64,000 bases of DNA from contig CAVYSW010000009.1 in the NCBI GenBank assembly GCA_963771275.1, forward strand, positions 64,001 through 128,000. Reading direction: 5' to 3'. The notes beneath the pieces are model-generated. The model was given only the letters and a program-made list of their open reading frames with translations, made no database searches and was not told the origin of the DNA. The DNA comes from an uncultured Gemmatimonadales bacterium (lineage in GTDB: Bacteria; Gemmatimonadota; Gemmatimonadetes; Gemmatimonadales; GWC2-71-9). Made by a program: the position numbers and the translations under genes. Position 1 is the first letter of the stretch. Every line of letters starts with the position of its first letter. This document shows positions 29,956 through 38,889 of this stretch, piece after piece.

Positions 29956-30112
29956 GGGTCCTTGCGGGGGTCGCCTCGGGTTCCAGCGGGATGCTCGCCC
30001 GGCGGAGCGCCGCGCCGCAAGGGGGCCCGCCCATCGCGTCCCGACTTTCGGCCTCGGCTGGCGGGCTTAGCTTTCAGCGTTCCCGTACCCGGCTCTCACC
30101 TCCGGATCTGCC

Positions 30113-31426
30113 ATGACCGAGCTCGCCGAAACCGCCGCCTCGCTGCTCTGGGAGGAGTGGCCGCTCCTCACCGTGGACGAGCGGGTGACGCGCTTCCGGG
30201 CGCTGCCGCCCGACGAGAGCGAGGACTTCTTCCTGAGCCTCGACCCGCGGGAGCAGGTGAACCTGATGCTCGCGCTCCCCGGCAAGGAGCGCCGCCTGTG
30301 GATCCGCCTGCTGGCCCCGGACGACGCGGCCGACCTACTGCAGGAGGCGCCCGCCGAGCAGCGCGCCGGGCTGCTGGACCTGCTCGACGACCCGACGCGG
30401 GCGGAGGTGCGTGCCCTGCTCGCGTACGCCGAGGACGAGGCCGGCGGGCTGATGAACCCGCGGTTCGCGCGCGTCCGGCCCGACATGACCGTGGGCGAAG
30501 CGATCCGCTACCTGCGACATCAGGCGGCCCAGCTCGAGACGTTGTACTACGTCTACGCGCTCGACGAGCAGCAGCACCTGGTGGGTGTGCTCTCCGTCCG
30601 GCAGCTGTTTCAGCACACGGACGACAAGCTCGTGCGCGACATCATGGACGGCGACGTGATCACCGTGCCGGAAACGATGGATCAGGAGGCGGTCGGCCGG
30701 CTGTACGTCGAGCAGGACTTCGCGGCCATTCCGGTGACGGACACGGCGGGTCGCATGAAGGGGATCATCACGTTCGACGACATCGCCGACGTGGTGCGCG
30801 AAGAGGCGACCGAAGACATTCAGAAGATCGGCGCCGTGCAGGCCCTCGAGGAGCCGTACCTCACCGCGCGGCTCCAAGACCTGGTGAAGAAGCGCGCCGG
30901 ATGGCTCTCGATCCTGTTTCTCGGCGAGATGCTCACGGCGACCGCGATGGGCTACTTCGAGCGCGAGATCGCCCGCGCCGTGGTGCTCGCGCTGTTCGTC
31001 CCCCTGATCATCAGCAGCGGCGGCAACTCGGGCTCGCAGGCCTCGACGCTCGTGATCCGCGCGATGGCGCTGGGCGAGGTCAAGCTGCGGGACTGGTGGC
31101 GCATTCTGGGCCGCGAGATCGGCGCCGGCCTCGCGCTCGGGGCCGTGCTCGGCACGATCGGGCTGATTCGCATCCTGGTGTGGCAGGCCGTGGGCCACCC
31201 CTATGGCGAGCACTATCTGGCGGTGGCGTTCACGGTGTCCTTGAGTCTCGTGGGCGTCGTGCTGTGGGGCAGTGTCTCGGGGTCCATGCTGCCGTTCGTG
31301 CTGCGCCGGGCCGGGCTCGACCCCGCGAGCGCCTCCGCGCCGTTCGTCGCCACCCTGGTGGACGTGACCGGGCTGATCATCTACTTCACGGTCGCGAGCG
31401 TGCTGCTGCACGGCCGGCTGCTGTAG
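30113..31426 (+). CDS. mgtE: Magnesium transporter MgtE
   Basis: N-domain, CBS pair, SSGGNSGSQ, SAPFVATLVDVTG. Confidence 0.95.
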   Translation: MTELAETAASLLWEEWPLLTVDERVTRFRALPPDESEDFFLSLDPREQVNLMLALPGKERRLWIRLLAPDDAADLLQEAPAEQRAGLLDLLDDPTRAEVRALLAYAEDEAGGLMNPRFARVRPDMTVGEAIRYLRHQAAQLETLYYVYALDEQQHLVGVLSVRQLFQHTDDKLVRDIMDGDVITVPETMDQEAVGRLYVEQDFAAIPVTDTAGRMKGIITFDDIADVVREEATEDIQKIGAVQALEEPYLTARLQDLVKKRAGWLSILFLGEMLTATAMGYFEREIARAVVLALFVPLIISSGGNSGSQASTLVIRAMALGEVKLRDWWRILGREIGAGLALGAVLGTIGLIRILVWQAVGHPYGEHYLAVAFTVSLSLVGVVLWGSVSGSMLPFVLRRAGLDPASASAPFVATLVDVTGLIIYFTVASVLLHGRLL

Positions 31427-31576
31427 GCTTCACGTGCGCTTCACGCCACCTTGCGGGAGGGCGCGATACGTTAGCGCCGTCCGTCGCCCGGCCGCTCGCG
31501 TCCGGACGGTCCGTTCCCCGGGAGGCTGCATGACCCCTGACGATCGCCAGCCGCGTTCAGCCCGCGTGAGCCCGCC

Positions 31577-33004
31577 ATGCTGAGCTTCAGCTCGTTCGAC
31601 GAGGCCGCGGCGTTCCTGCGCGCGCGCGAGATCGCCATGGTCGATCTCAAGTTCTGCGACCTGTGGGGGCGCTGGCACCACGTCACGCTGCCGGCCAAGC
31701 GGTTCCAGCCCTGGCTGCTGGAGCGCGGCGTGGGATTCGACGGGTCCGCCCTCGGCTTCAAGCCGGTCAAGGCGGGCGACATGCTGCTCGTCCCCGACCT
31801 CGCGGCGGCATTCATCGATCCGTGGTGCGAGGTCCCCACGCTCTCGTTCATCTGCCAGACCTACGAAGCGAGCACCACGCGGGAGCTGTTCCCCTACGAT
31901 CCGCGCAACATCGCGCATCGCGCGGAGGAGCACCTCCGGGCGAGCGGCCTCGCGGACCGCAGCGTGTGGGGACCGGAGTTCGAGTTCTACCTGTTCGACG
32001 GCGTCGCGTTCGAGAACGCCGGGAACACCGCGAGCTACCGCGTCGAGTCGTCCGAAGGCGCGTGGCGCGCCCGGGAGCTGGGGAGCGGCTACACCGTGCC
32101 GCTGCGCGGGGGCTACCACACGATCCCCCCGCACGACCACCTGCACAACGCGCGGACGCGCATCGCGCTCCATCTCGACGCGATGGGCCTCGAGGTGAAA
32201 TACCACCATCACGAAGTGGGCGGGCCGGGGCAATGCGAGATCGAGATCCCGCTGATGCCGTTGCTCCGGGCGACCGACGCCGCGATGCTCGTGAAGTACG
32301 CGGTGCGCATGACGGCGATCGAGCTGGGCATGACCGCGACCTTCCTGCCGAAGCCGCTGCACGGTGAGGCCGGCTCGGGCATGCACTACCACCAATGCCT
32401 ATGGATGGGCGACTCCAACGTTTTCTACGATCCCGGGGGGTACGGGCGGCTGAGCGAGATCGCCCGGCAGTACATCGCGGGCCTGCTGCTCCACGGCGGC
32501 GCGGTCATGGCGCTGAGCAATCCCTCGACCAACTCGTATCGCCGCCTCGTCCCGGGCTTCGAGGCGCCCGTGAGCGCGTTCTTCTCGGCCGGGAACCGGA
32601 GCGCGGCCATCCGCATCCCGAAGTACGCCGACAAGCCCGAGAGCACCCGATTCGAGTTCCGGCCGCCCGACGCCACCGGCAATCCCTATCTCGCGGTCGC
32701 GGCCCAGCTGCTGGCCGGCCTCGACGGCATCCGGCGCCGGCTCGACCCGACGCAGCTGGGCTTCGGGCCGGTGGACGAAGACATCTTCACCTGGCCCGCG
32801 GAGCGGCGCGCCACCATCCGGGCGCTCCCCACCTCCCTCGGCCAGGCGCTCGACGCGCTGGAGGGGGACCACACGTTCCTGCTCGAGGGCCACGTGTTCA
32901 GCGCCGACCTGATCGAGCGCTGGCTCGCCAAGAAGCGCGCCGAGGAGCGCGACGTGCTCGGTCGCCCGCATCCCTACGAGGTCGAGCTGTACTACGACCT
33001 GTGA
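31577..33004 (+). CDS. glnA: Type I glutamine synthetase
   Basis: FDGS, GPEFEFY, HHHEVG, TFLPKP...GSGMH, PGFEAP, NRSAAIRIP, EFRPPD. Confidence 0.93.
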   Translation: MLSFSSFDEAAAFLRAREIAMVDLKFCDLWGRWHHVTLPAKRFQPWLLERGVGFDGSALGFKPVKAGDMLLVPDLAAAFIDPWCEVPTLSFICQTYEASTTRELFPYDPRNIAHRAEEHLRASGLADRSVWGPEFEFYLFDGVAFENAGNTASYRVESSEGAWRARELGSGYTVPLRGGYHTIPPHDHLHNARTRIALHLDAMGLEVKYHHHEVGGPGQCEIEIPLMPLLRATDAAMLVKYAVRMTAIELGMTATFLPKPLHGEAGSGMHYHQCLWMGDSNVFYDPGGYGRLSEIARQYIAGLLLHGGAVMALSNPSTNSYRRLVPGFEAPVSAFFSAGNRSAAIRIPKYADKPESTRFEFRPPDATGNPYLAVAAQLLAGLDGIRRRLDPTQLGFGPVDEDIFTWPAERRATIRALPTSLGQALDALEGDHTFLLEGHVFSADLIERWLAKKRAEERDVLGRPHPYEVELYYDL

Positions 33005-33080
33005 GCCCGGCGCGGCGCACGGGGTTCCGGCCCGGCGCGGCGCGCACTAGCTTGCCAAGCACCGGTCTCCCACGAGCGCC

Positions 33081-34349
33081 ATGAAGCACGACGACGTGAT
33101 CCGCCCCGAGCTGGCTGGCGAGCTCGCCCACATCGGCCAGGCCGACATCCTCGTCGGGATCCCGAGCTACAACAACGCGCGCACGATTGCGCACGTCGTC
33201 CGCGCGGTGAGCGCGGGGCTCGCCAAGTACTACCCCGACCGCGCCTGCCTGCTGGTGAACTCGGACGGTGGCTCGCACGACGGCACGCCGCAGCGCGTGC
33301 TCGACACGGAAACCGGCGACTTGCCGACGCTGCTGGTGGCGCACCGCTCCCGGCCGTTTCACCGCGTGGCCACGAGCTACGTGGGACTTCCCGGCAAGGG
33401 CAGCGCGTTCCGCACGATCTTCCGGATCGCCGAGCTGATGAAGGCCAAGGCGTGCGCGGTCGTGGACAGCGATCTCCGCAGCATCACCCCGGAGTGGGTC
33501 GAGCTGCTGATCGAGCCGGTGCTCGGCCAGGGCATGGACTACGTCTCCCCGCTGTACGCGCGCCACAAGTACGACGGCACGATCACCAACAGCATCGTCT
33601 ACCCCCTGACCCGGGCGCTGTACGGGCAGCGGGTCCGGCAGCCGATCGGCGGCGACTTCGGCTTCTCCGGCCCGTTCGCCATCCGGCTCCTGGCGGACGG
33701 CGCGTGGGACACGGACATCGCGCGCTATGGCATCGACATCTGGATGACGTCGATGGCGCTCGCCAACGGCTTCCGGGTGTGCCAGTCGTACCTCGGGGCC
33801 AAGATCCACGACGCCAAGGACCCGGGGTCGGACCTGAGCGCGATGTTCACGCAGGTCGTGGGCACCGTGTTCGACCAGATGGAGACGTACCACCACGCCT
33901 GGAAGGACGTCAGCGGCAGCGCGGACGTGCCGACGTTCGGGTTCCGCTACACCGTGGGCGTCGAGCCGGTCGGCGTGAACACCGAGCGGATGATCGGCCT
34001 GTTCCACCAGGGAGTCGCCGACCTGATGCCGGTCCTGCACCGCATGCTGAGCGCCGAGACGTGCGATGCGCTGCGGGCGGCTGCCGAGCGACCCGCCGAG
34101 CAGTTCGACTTCCCGCCCGCGCTGTGGGTGCGGGTGGTGTACGAATCGGCGGCGAGCTACCATCACCACACGCTCCCACGCGACCATCTGCTCAAGGCGA
34201 TGATTCCGCTCTACCTCGGCCGCACCGCCGCGTTCGTGCTCCAGACCTCCGCCAGCACGGGCGACGAGGTCGAAGACGAGATCGAGCGCCTCTGCGGCCT
34301 GTTTGAATCCATGAAACCGTACCTGCAGGAGCGCTGGCGCGCCCGCTAG
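33081..34349 (+). CDS. GT-A glycosyltransferase, glucosylglycerate/mannosylglycerate synthase-like
   Basis: VGIPSYNN, NSDGGSHDGT, GKGSA, DSD, RQPIGGDF, YGIDIWMT, KIHD. Confidence 0.75.
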   Translation: MKHDDVIRPELAGELAHIGQADILVGIPSYNNARTIAHVVRAVSAGLAKYYPDRACLLVNSDGGSHDGTPQRVLDTETGDLPTLLVAHRSRPFHRVATSYVGLPGKGSAFRTIFRIAELMKAKACAVVDSDLRSITPEWVELLIEPVLGQGMDYVSPLYARHKYDGTITNSIVYPLTRALYGQRVRQPIGGDFGFSGPFAIRLLADGAWDTDIARYGIDIWMTSMALANGFRVCQSYLGAKIHDAKDPGSDLSAMFTQVVGTVFDQMETYHHAWKDVSGSADVPTFGFRYTVGVEPVGVNTERMIGLFHQGVADLMPVLHRMLSAETCDALRAAAERPAEQFDFPPALWVRVVYESAASYHHHTLPRDHLLKAMIPLYLGRTAAFVLQTSASTGDEVEDEIERLCGLFESMKPYLQERWRAR

Positions 34350-34377
34350 CGGCCGTCACCTGAGGAAGGGGCCCCCG

Positions 34378-35088
34378 ATGCAGACTTCATTCTGGAACGA
34401 CACCGTCCTCGAGCCGCTGCGCCGCTTTGCGCACGAGGCGCTCGGCTTCCTGCTGAACAACCTCCTCGCGATGCTCGTCGTCCTGGCGCTGGGGGTCCTG
34501 GTCGCCCTGGCGGTGCGCGTCCTGCTGCGCCTGCTGCTGCGCCTCGTCCGGTTCGATCAGATGTGCGAGCGCCAGGGCATCACGGGGCTGCTGCGCACCG
34601 CCGGCATCGGCCGCCCGCCGTCCGCGGCGGCCGCCCGGCTGGCCTATTGGCTCATCGTGTTCCTGTTCCTGATGTTCTCGCTCGCGGCGCTCAACGTTGA
34701 GCCGATGAACGACCTGATCTCGCGCGTGTTCCTGTTCGTTCCCCAAGTGATCGCCGCCCTGGTCATCCTGGTGCTGGGCTATCTGGCCGCGGCGTTCCTG
34801 CACCGCGCGGTGCTGCTCGCGGCCGTGAACGCCGGGCTGCCGCGCGCGCGCATCCTCGCCACCACCGTCCAGGTGCTCGCCCTGCTCTTCACGGTCGCCG
34901 TGGCGCTCGAGCAGGCCGGGATCGGACGCTCCATCGTGCTGGCCACGTTCACCGTGGCGCTCGGCTCGGTGGGCCTCGCCGCCGCCCTGGCGTTCGGCTA
35001 CGCCGCCCGGGACCTCGCCCGCTCGGTGCTCGAACGCCAGATGACCGCGCCGGAGCGCGACCATCTGGGCGACATCTCGCACCTGTAG
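34378..35088 (+). CDS. CmpX-like TM-helix-repeat (MscS-associated) membrane protein
   Basis: Multiple TMs, FVPQVIAALVIL, LAAALAFG; no cytoplasmic MscS cage domain. Confidence 0.75.
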   Translation: MQTSFWNDTVLEPLRRFAHEALGFLLNNLLAMLVVLALGVLVALAVRVLLRLLLRLVRFDQMCERQGITGLLRTAGIGRPPSAAAARLAYWLIVFLFLMFSLAALNVEPMNDLISRVFLFVPQVIAALVILVLGYLAAAFLHRAVLLAAVNAGLPRARILATTVQVLALLFTVAVALEQAGIGRSIVLATFTVALGSVGLAAALAFGYAARDLARSVLERQMTAPERDHLGDISHL

Positions 35089-35193
35089 CAGCGCGTGAGG
35101 GCGACGTCGCGGTCCGGCGGTGGAACGCATGCCGTGGCGGTGGGAACACGACGCACCGCGGAGGCCGCAGAGGTCGTGACGTCCCTGGCGGGA

Positions 35194-36747
35194 TCAGGGG
35201 ATGGTGACGACCGCCGCGATGAGCAGGGGAAGCACCGCGAGGATGACGAGCATCGCCAGGAACGCGCCGCCCAGGAGCCAGGTCTCGCGCGGTCGCGGGC
35301 CGGGGTTCCGCAGCACGAGCCGGCCCCCGCTCACGCCGGCGGCGACGCCGCTCGCCACGAGGAAGCCCGCCGGATTCCACCACAGCCAGGACACGCCGGG
35401 CGCGAAGCGGGCGAGCAGCAGGTTCGCGGCGAGCCCCGCGGCCAGACCGCTCACCGCCGCGCCCCCCGTCACGCGCCGTGTCACGACGCCGAGGACGAAC
35501 ACGGCCAACACCGGCCCGTAGAAGGCGGAGCCCACCTGATTCACCAGCTCGAGCACGCCCCCGCCGCTCCGCGCGGCCACCATCCCGGACGCCACCGCGA
35601 ACAGCCCCCAGAGCAACGACGTGAGGCGCCCGACCCACGGGCGCTGACGCTCCGGGCTCATCCCGAAGACGTCCTCGAGCGTCACCGCCGCCAGGGAATT
35701 GAGCGCGGAATCGATCGACGACATCGCGGCGGCCAGGATCGCCGCGAGCAGCAGGCCCCGGAGGCCCTGCGGCAGATAGGTGGTGATGAAGACCGGCACG
35801 AGCGCGTCGAGCGGGCGGCCGCGCATCGCCTCCGCCAGCGCCGGATCGACGGCGAGCAGCCCGGCGAGCAGCAGCCCGAACAGGCAGTACGTCAGCACGA
35901 GCGGGAACCGCAGTAGGCCGTTGAACACGAGCGCCCACCGCGCCTGCGTGTCGTCCCGCGCCGTGAGCAGGCGCTGCGCCTGGCTCTGGTCGCAGCCGTA
36001 GTACGACAGGTACAGGAAGAACCCGCCAATCAGCATCGGCCAGAAGGCGAACGTGTTGCCGTCCCCCAGGCCGAGCGAGCCCATCACCAGCGTATGCGTC
36101 CGCGCGGCGGGGATGGCGCTCAGCGGGTGCAGGCCGATGCGTGCGAGCACGTACAGCGCGGCGACCAGCGTGCCGCCCCAGAGGAGTACCAGCTGCAGGA
36201 CGTCGCTCCAGATGTCGGCGACGATACCGCCGAGCGATGTGTAGGCGACCGACGTGAGCCCGACCGCGAGGAGGGCGGCGTCGATCGACCAGCCGAGGGT
36301 TTCGGCGAGCACCAGGGCCGACGCGTAGAGGATGACCCCGAGCGAGAGGCCGCGCGAGAGGAGGAACGCGCCGGCGAGGGCACGCCGCGTGCCCGGCCCG
36401 AAGCGATGCTCGGCGAACGCGTAGATCGACGACCCCGGGACGGCGCGCAATGTCGGGAGCAGCAGGAACACCGCCGCGAGCATCGCGAGCGGCACGCCCA
36501 GCTCGTACTGCAGCCATACCAGCCCGCCGCCGGCCCGGAGCGCCACGAACGCCGGCGCGCCGACCAGGCTCACCGCACTCGCCTGGTTCGCCAGGATGGA
36601 GGCGGCGAGCGGGGCCGTACCCATGCGGCGGCCCGCGAGGAAGTAGTCGCTGCCGCTCCGCTGCCGCCTGGCGAACGCAAACGACATCCCGAAGATCGCC
36701 GCGACGTAGGCGACCAGCACGGTGAGGTCGATCGCGGAGAGCCGCAC
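35194..36747 (-). CDS. Sodium:solute symporter (SSS family)
   Basis: DYFLAGR, YTSLGG, CDQSQAQR, AAAMSSIDSALNSLA. Confidence 0.92.
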   Translation of the reverse strand: MRLSAIDLTVLVAYVAAIFGMSFAFARRQRSGSDYFLAGRRMGTAPLAASILANQASAVSLVGAPAFVALRAGGGLVWLQYELGVPLAMLAAVFLLLPTLRAVPGSSIYAFAEHRFGPGTRRALAGAFLLSRGLSLGVILYASALVLAETLGWSIDAALLAVGLTSVAYTSLGGIVADIWSDVLQLVLLWGGTLVAALYVLARIGLHPLSAIPAARTHTLVMGSLGLGDGNTFAFWPMLIGGFFLYLSYYGCDQSQAQRLLTARDDTQARWALVFNGLLRFPLVLTYCLFGLLLAGLLAVDPALAEAMRGRPLDALVPVFITTYLPQGLRGLLLAAILAAAMSSIDSALNSLAAVTLEDVFGMSPERQRPWVGRLTSLLWGLFAVASGMVAARSGGGVLELVNQVGSAFYGPVLAVFVLGVVTRRVTGGAAVSGLAAGLAANLLLARFAPGVSWLWWNPAGFLVASGVAAGVSGGRLVLRNPGPRPRETWLLGGAFLAMLVILAVLPLLIAAVVTIP

Positions 36748-36753
36748 CGTGGG

Positions 36754-37605
36754 CTACGGGTCGAGCAGACGGCTCACCGCGGCGGCCCAGCCCGCCGGGC
36801 CCGGCGCCGGCGCCACGCGGGCGCGCGGCACCCGGCGGCGCAACACGGGATCGGGGCGGCCGTCGGGACGCGGCACGATGATCGGCACGTCGGCCACGGC
36901 GAGCATCGGCGCGTCGAGCGCGCTGTCGCCGAGCGCGACCAGCGTGACGGGGCCGCCCGCTTGCTCCAGCAGCCGGCGGACGAGCAGCGTGGCCCGCCCC
37001 TTGTCGGTGTCGCCGTGGAGGTGGTGGAATCGCCCGCCGCGCGTTACCGCCAGCCCGTGCCGCGCGGCGAGCCGGTTGAGGAGGGCCAGAACCCGGCGGG
37101 GCGCGCGCGTGATGACGAACGGCTCGTCGAACTCCCGGCTCGCCGCGCGCCGGGCGGCCGCCAGCGGCAGCTCGGCAAGCCGCGCGATGTCCGCGACCTC
37201 CAGGTCGCCGAACCCCACCACCGCGTCCCCGCTCCGTCGCCGGAGCTCGGCGAACACCCGGCGGACCCGCGCGTACGGCGCGCTCAGCGCGACGAGTCGG
37301 CCGTGGCGCGTGCGGCGCGCACCCGCCGCCGCCGCGCGCGGCACCACCCCCGGGGGCAGCAGCAGCCCGCCCCCATCCTCCACCACGGCCACGTGCGGCC
37401 CGCCCAGCCGATGAAACAGATGGGCCACCTCGCGCCGCGTCTTGCTGGTGCACAGGACGAGCGGTACGCCGGCGCGGCGCAGCCGGCGGAGCGTCTGACG
37501 CGCCGGCCCGCAGTCGTACGTCCGCGCGTCGAGCAGGCAGCCGTCGAGGTCCGTGATGACGGCGAGCGGGCGCCGGGTCGCGGCCTCAGCGGTTGTCGGC
37601 GGCAA
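36754..37605 (-). CDS. gpgP: Glucosyl/mannosyl-3-phosphoglycerate phosphatase (HAD-IIB)
   Basis: TDLDGCLLD, CTSKT, REFDEPF, GGRFHHL, DKGRA, GDSALD; TTG start with GAGG RBS overlapping gpgS. Confidence 0.8.
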   Translation of the reverse strand: MPPTTAEAATRRPLAVITDLDGCLLDARTYDCGPARQTLRRLRRAGVPLVLCTSKTRREVAHLFHRLGGPHVAVVEDGGGLLLPPGVVPRAAAAGARRTRHGRLVALSAPYARVRRVFAELRRRSGDAVVGFGDLEVADIARLAELPLAAARRAASREFDEPFVITRAPRRVLALLNRLAARHGLAVTRGGRFHHLHGDTDKGRATLLVRRLLEQAGGPVTLVALGDSALDAPMLAVADVPIIVPRPDGRPDPVLRRRVPRARVAPAPGPAGWAAAVSRLLDP

Positions 37606-38794
37606 CCGCCTCTCGCAGCTCGTCCAGAAAGTCGGGCAGCGCCGACGTCACGCGCGCCCACTGCGGCATCGGCGGGTCGCCCAGCGGGTCTTCGTAGACG
37701 TCCTTGGCGGCCAGCTCGATCGCCTTGGCGAAGATCTCGACCGCCGTCCCCTCGGCGTGGCGGTCGAACTGCAGATGGTTGATCGCCGCATCGTCGGCGT
37801 AGCGGCGCACCTGATCCTGCCCCATGCGGAGATAGGCGGCGCGCACGCTGCGGAAGAACCCCTCGGAGATCTCGATCCCCTCCTGCGCGAGCGTGCAGAA
37901 CAGGGACTTGGCGATGTCGACGGCCATCTTGAACAGGCCCGATCCCGGCCAGTCCATCTCGAGCGACTTGTGCTTGTGCTCGTAGGCGTCGGCGATGTCC
38001 ACCTCGCACACGCGCCGCGTGGCGATGTTGCGGTGGACTTCCGCCAGCATGCTGATCTCGAGTCCCCAGTCGCACGGCACGCGCATGACGCGGGCGACGT
38101 CTTCGTCCATCGCGAACTCGCCCGCGAGCGGGTAGCGGAACGAGTCGAGGAACACGAGCAAGGGGTGGTACCCCACGATCTTGAGCAGCGTGCGGAGCAG
38201 CGGCGTGACGAACAGCCGGGCGACGCGCCCGTACATGCGATCCGTCAGGCGGGCGTAGTACCCCTTGGCGTACTCGTAGCCAAGCGACGGGTTCATCACC
38301 GGATAGCAGAGCCGCGCCAGCAGGTCGCGCCGGTAGCTCACGATGTCCGCGTCGTGCAGCGCCACCGTCCGGCACGCCGGGTCCGCGAGGACGCAGCCGA
38401 GCGCCATCCACACCAGGCGCCCCTTGCCCGGGGTGCCCGTGAAGATGCCCGCCGCCTCGAGCTCGCGGTTCAGCGCCTGAATCCGGTCGCCGTCGCGCCA
38501 CAGGATGTCGACGGGCTGCGGCAGCACGCCGAAGAACGTCCGGGCCCGCTCGAAGTCGGTGCGTGTCGCCGCGTCGAGGCCGATGAGAATGCGATGCAGA
38601 TAGGGGACGCCGCCGAGCTCGCGGACGATGCCGCCCAGGGCCGGGCCGTCCATCTCGGAGGCGAGCGATGGGATGATCAGCGTGAGCGGCCGCGTCGCCG
38701 CGAACTCGACCAGCTCGGCCTCCAACAGATCGAGCCGCATCTCGCCGAGGCGGTGCAGCGTCGTGATGATGCCGGTTTGGTAGAAATCCGCCAT
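37586..38794 (-). CDS. gpgS: Glucosyl-3-phosphoglycerate synthase
   Basis: MADFYQTGIITTLH, GKGRLVW, HDADI, KGYYAR, YGRVARLFVTP, RYPLAGEF, YEHKH. Confidence 0.85.
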   Translation of the reverse strand: MADFYQTGIITTLHRLGEMRLDLLEAELVEFAATRPLTLIIPSLASEMDGPALGGIVRELGGVPYLHRILIGLDAATRTDFERARTFFGVLPQPVDILWRDGDRIQALNRELEAAGIFTGTPGKGRLVWMALGCVLADPACRTVALHDADIVSYRRDLLARLCYPVMNPSLGYEYAKGYYARLTDRMYGRVARLFVTPLLRTLLKIVGYHPLLVFLDSFRYPLAGEFAMDEDVARVMRVPCDWGLEISMLAEVHRNIATRRVCEVDIADAYEHKHKSLEMDWPGSGLFKMAVDIAKSLFCTLAQEGIEISEGFFRSVRAAYLRMGQDQVRRYADDAAINHLQFDRHAEGTAVEIFAKAIELAAKDVYEDPLGDPPMPQWARVTSALPDFLDELREAVAADNR

Positions 38795-38889
38795 GCGACC
38801 CGCGCCGGCTGATGGTCCAGCAAAGGTGGCCCGCGCGTCCCACCGGGCGCAATGGGCGCGGAGGCACGGCCGTCCTCGGGGCTTTGCGG

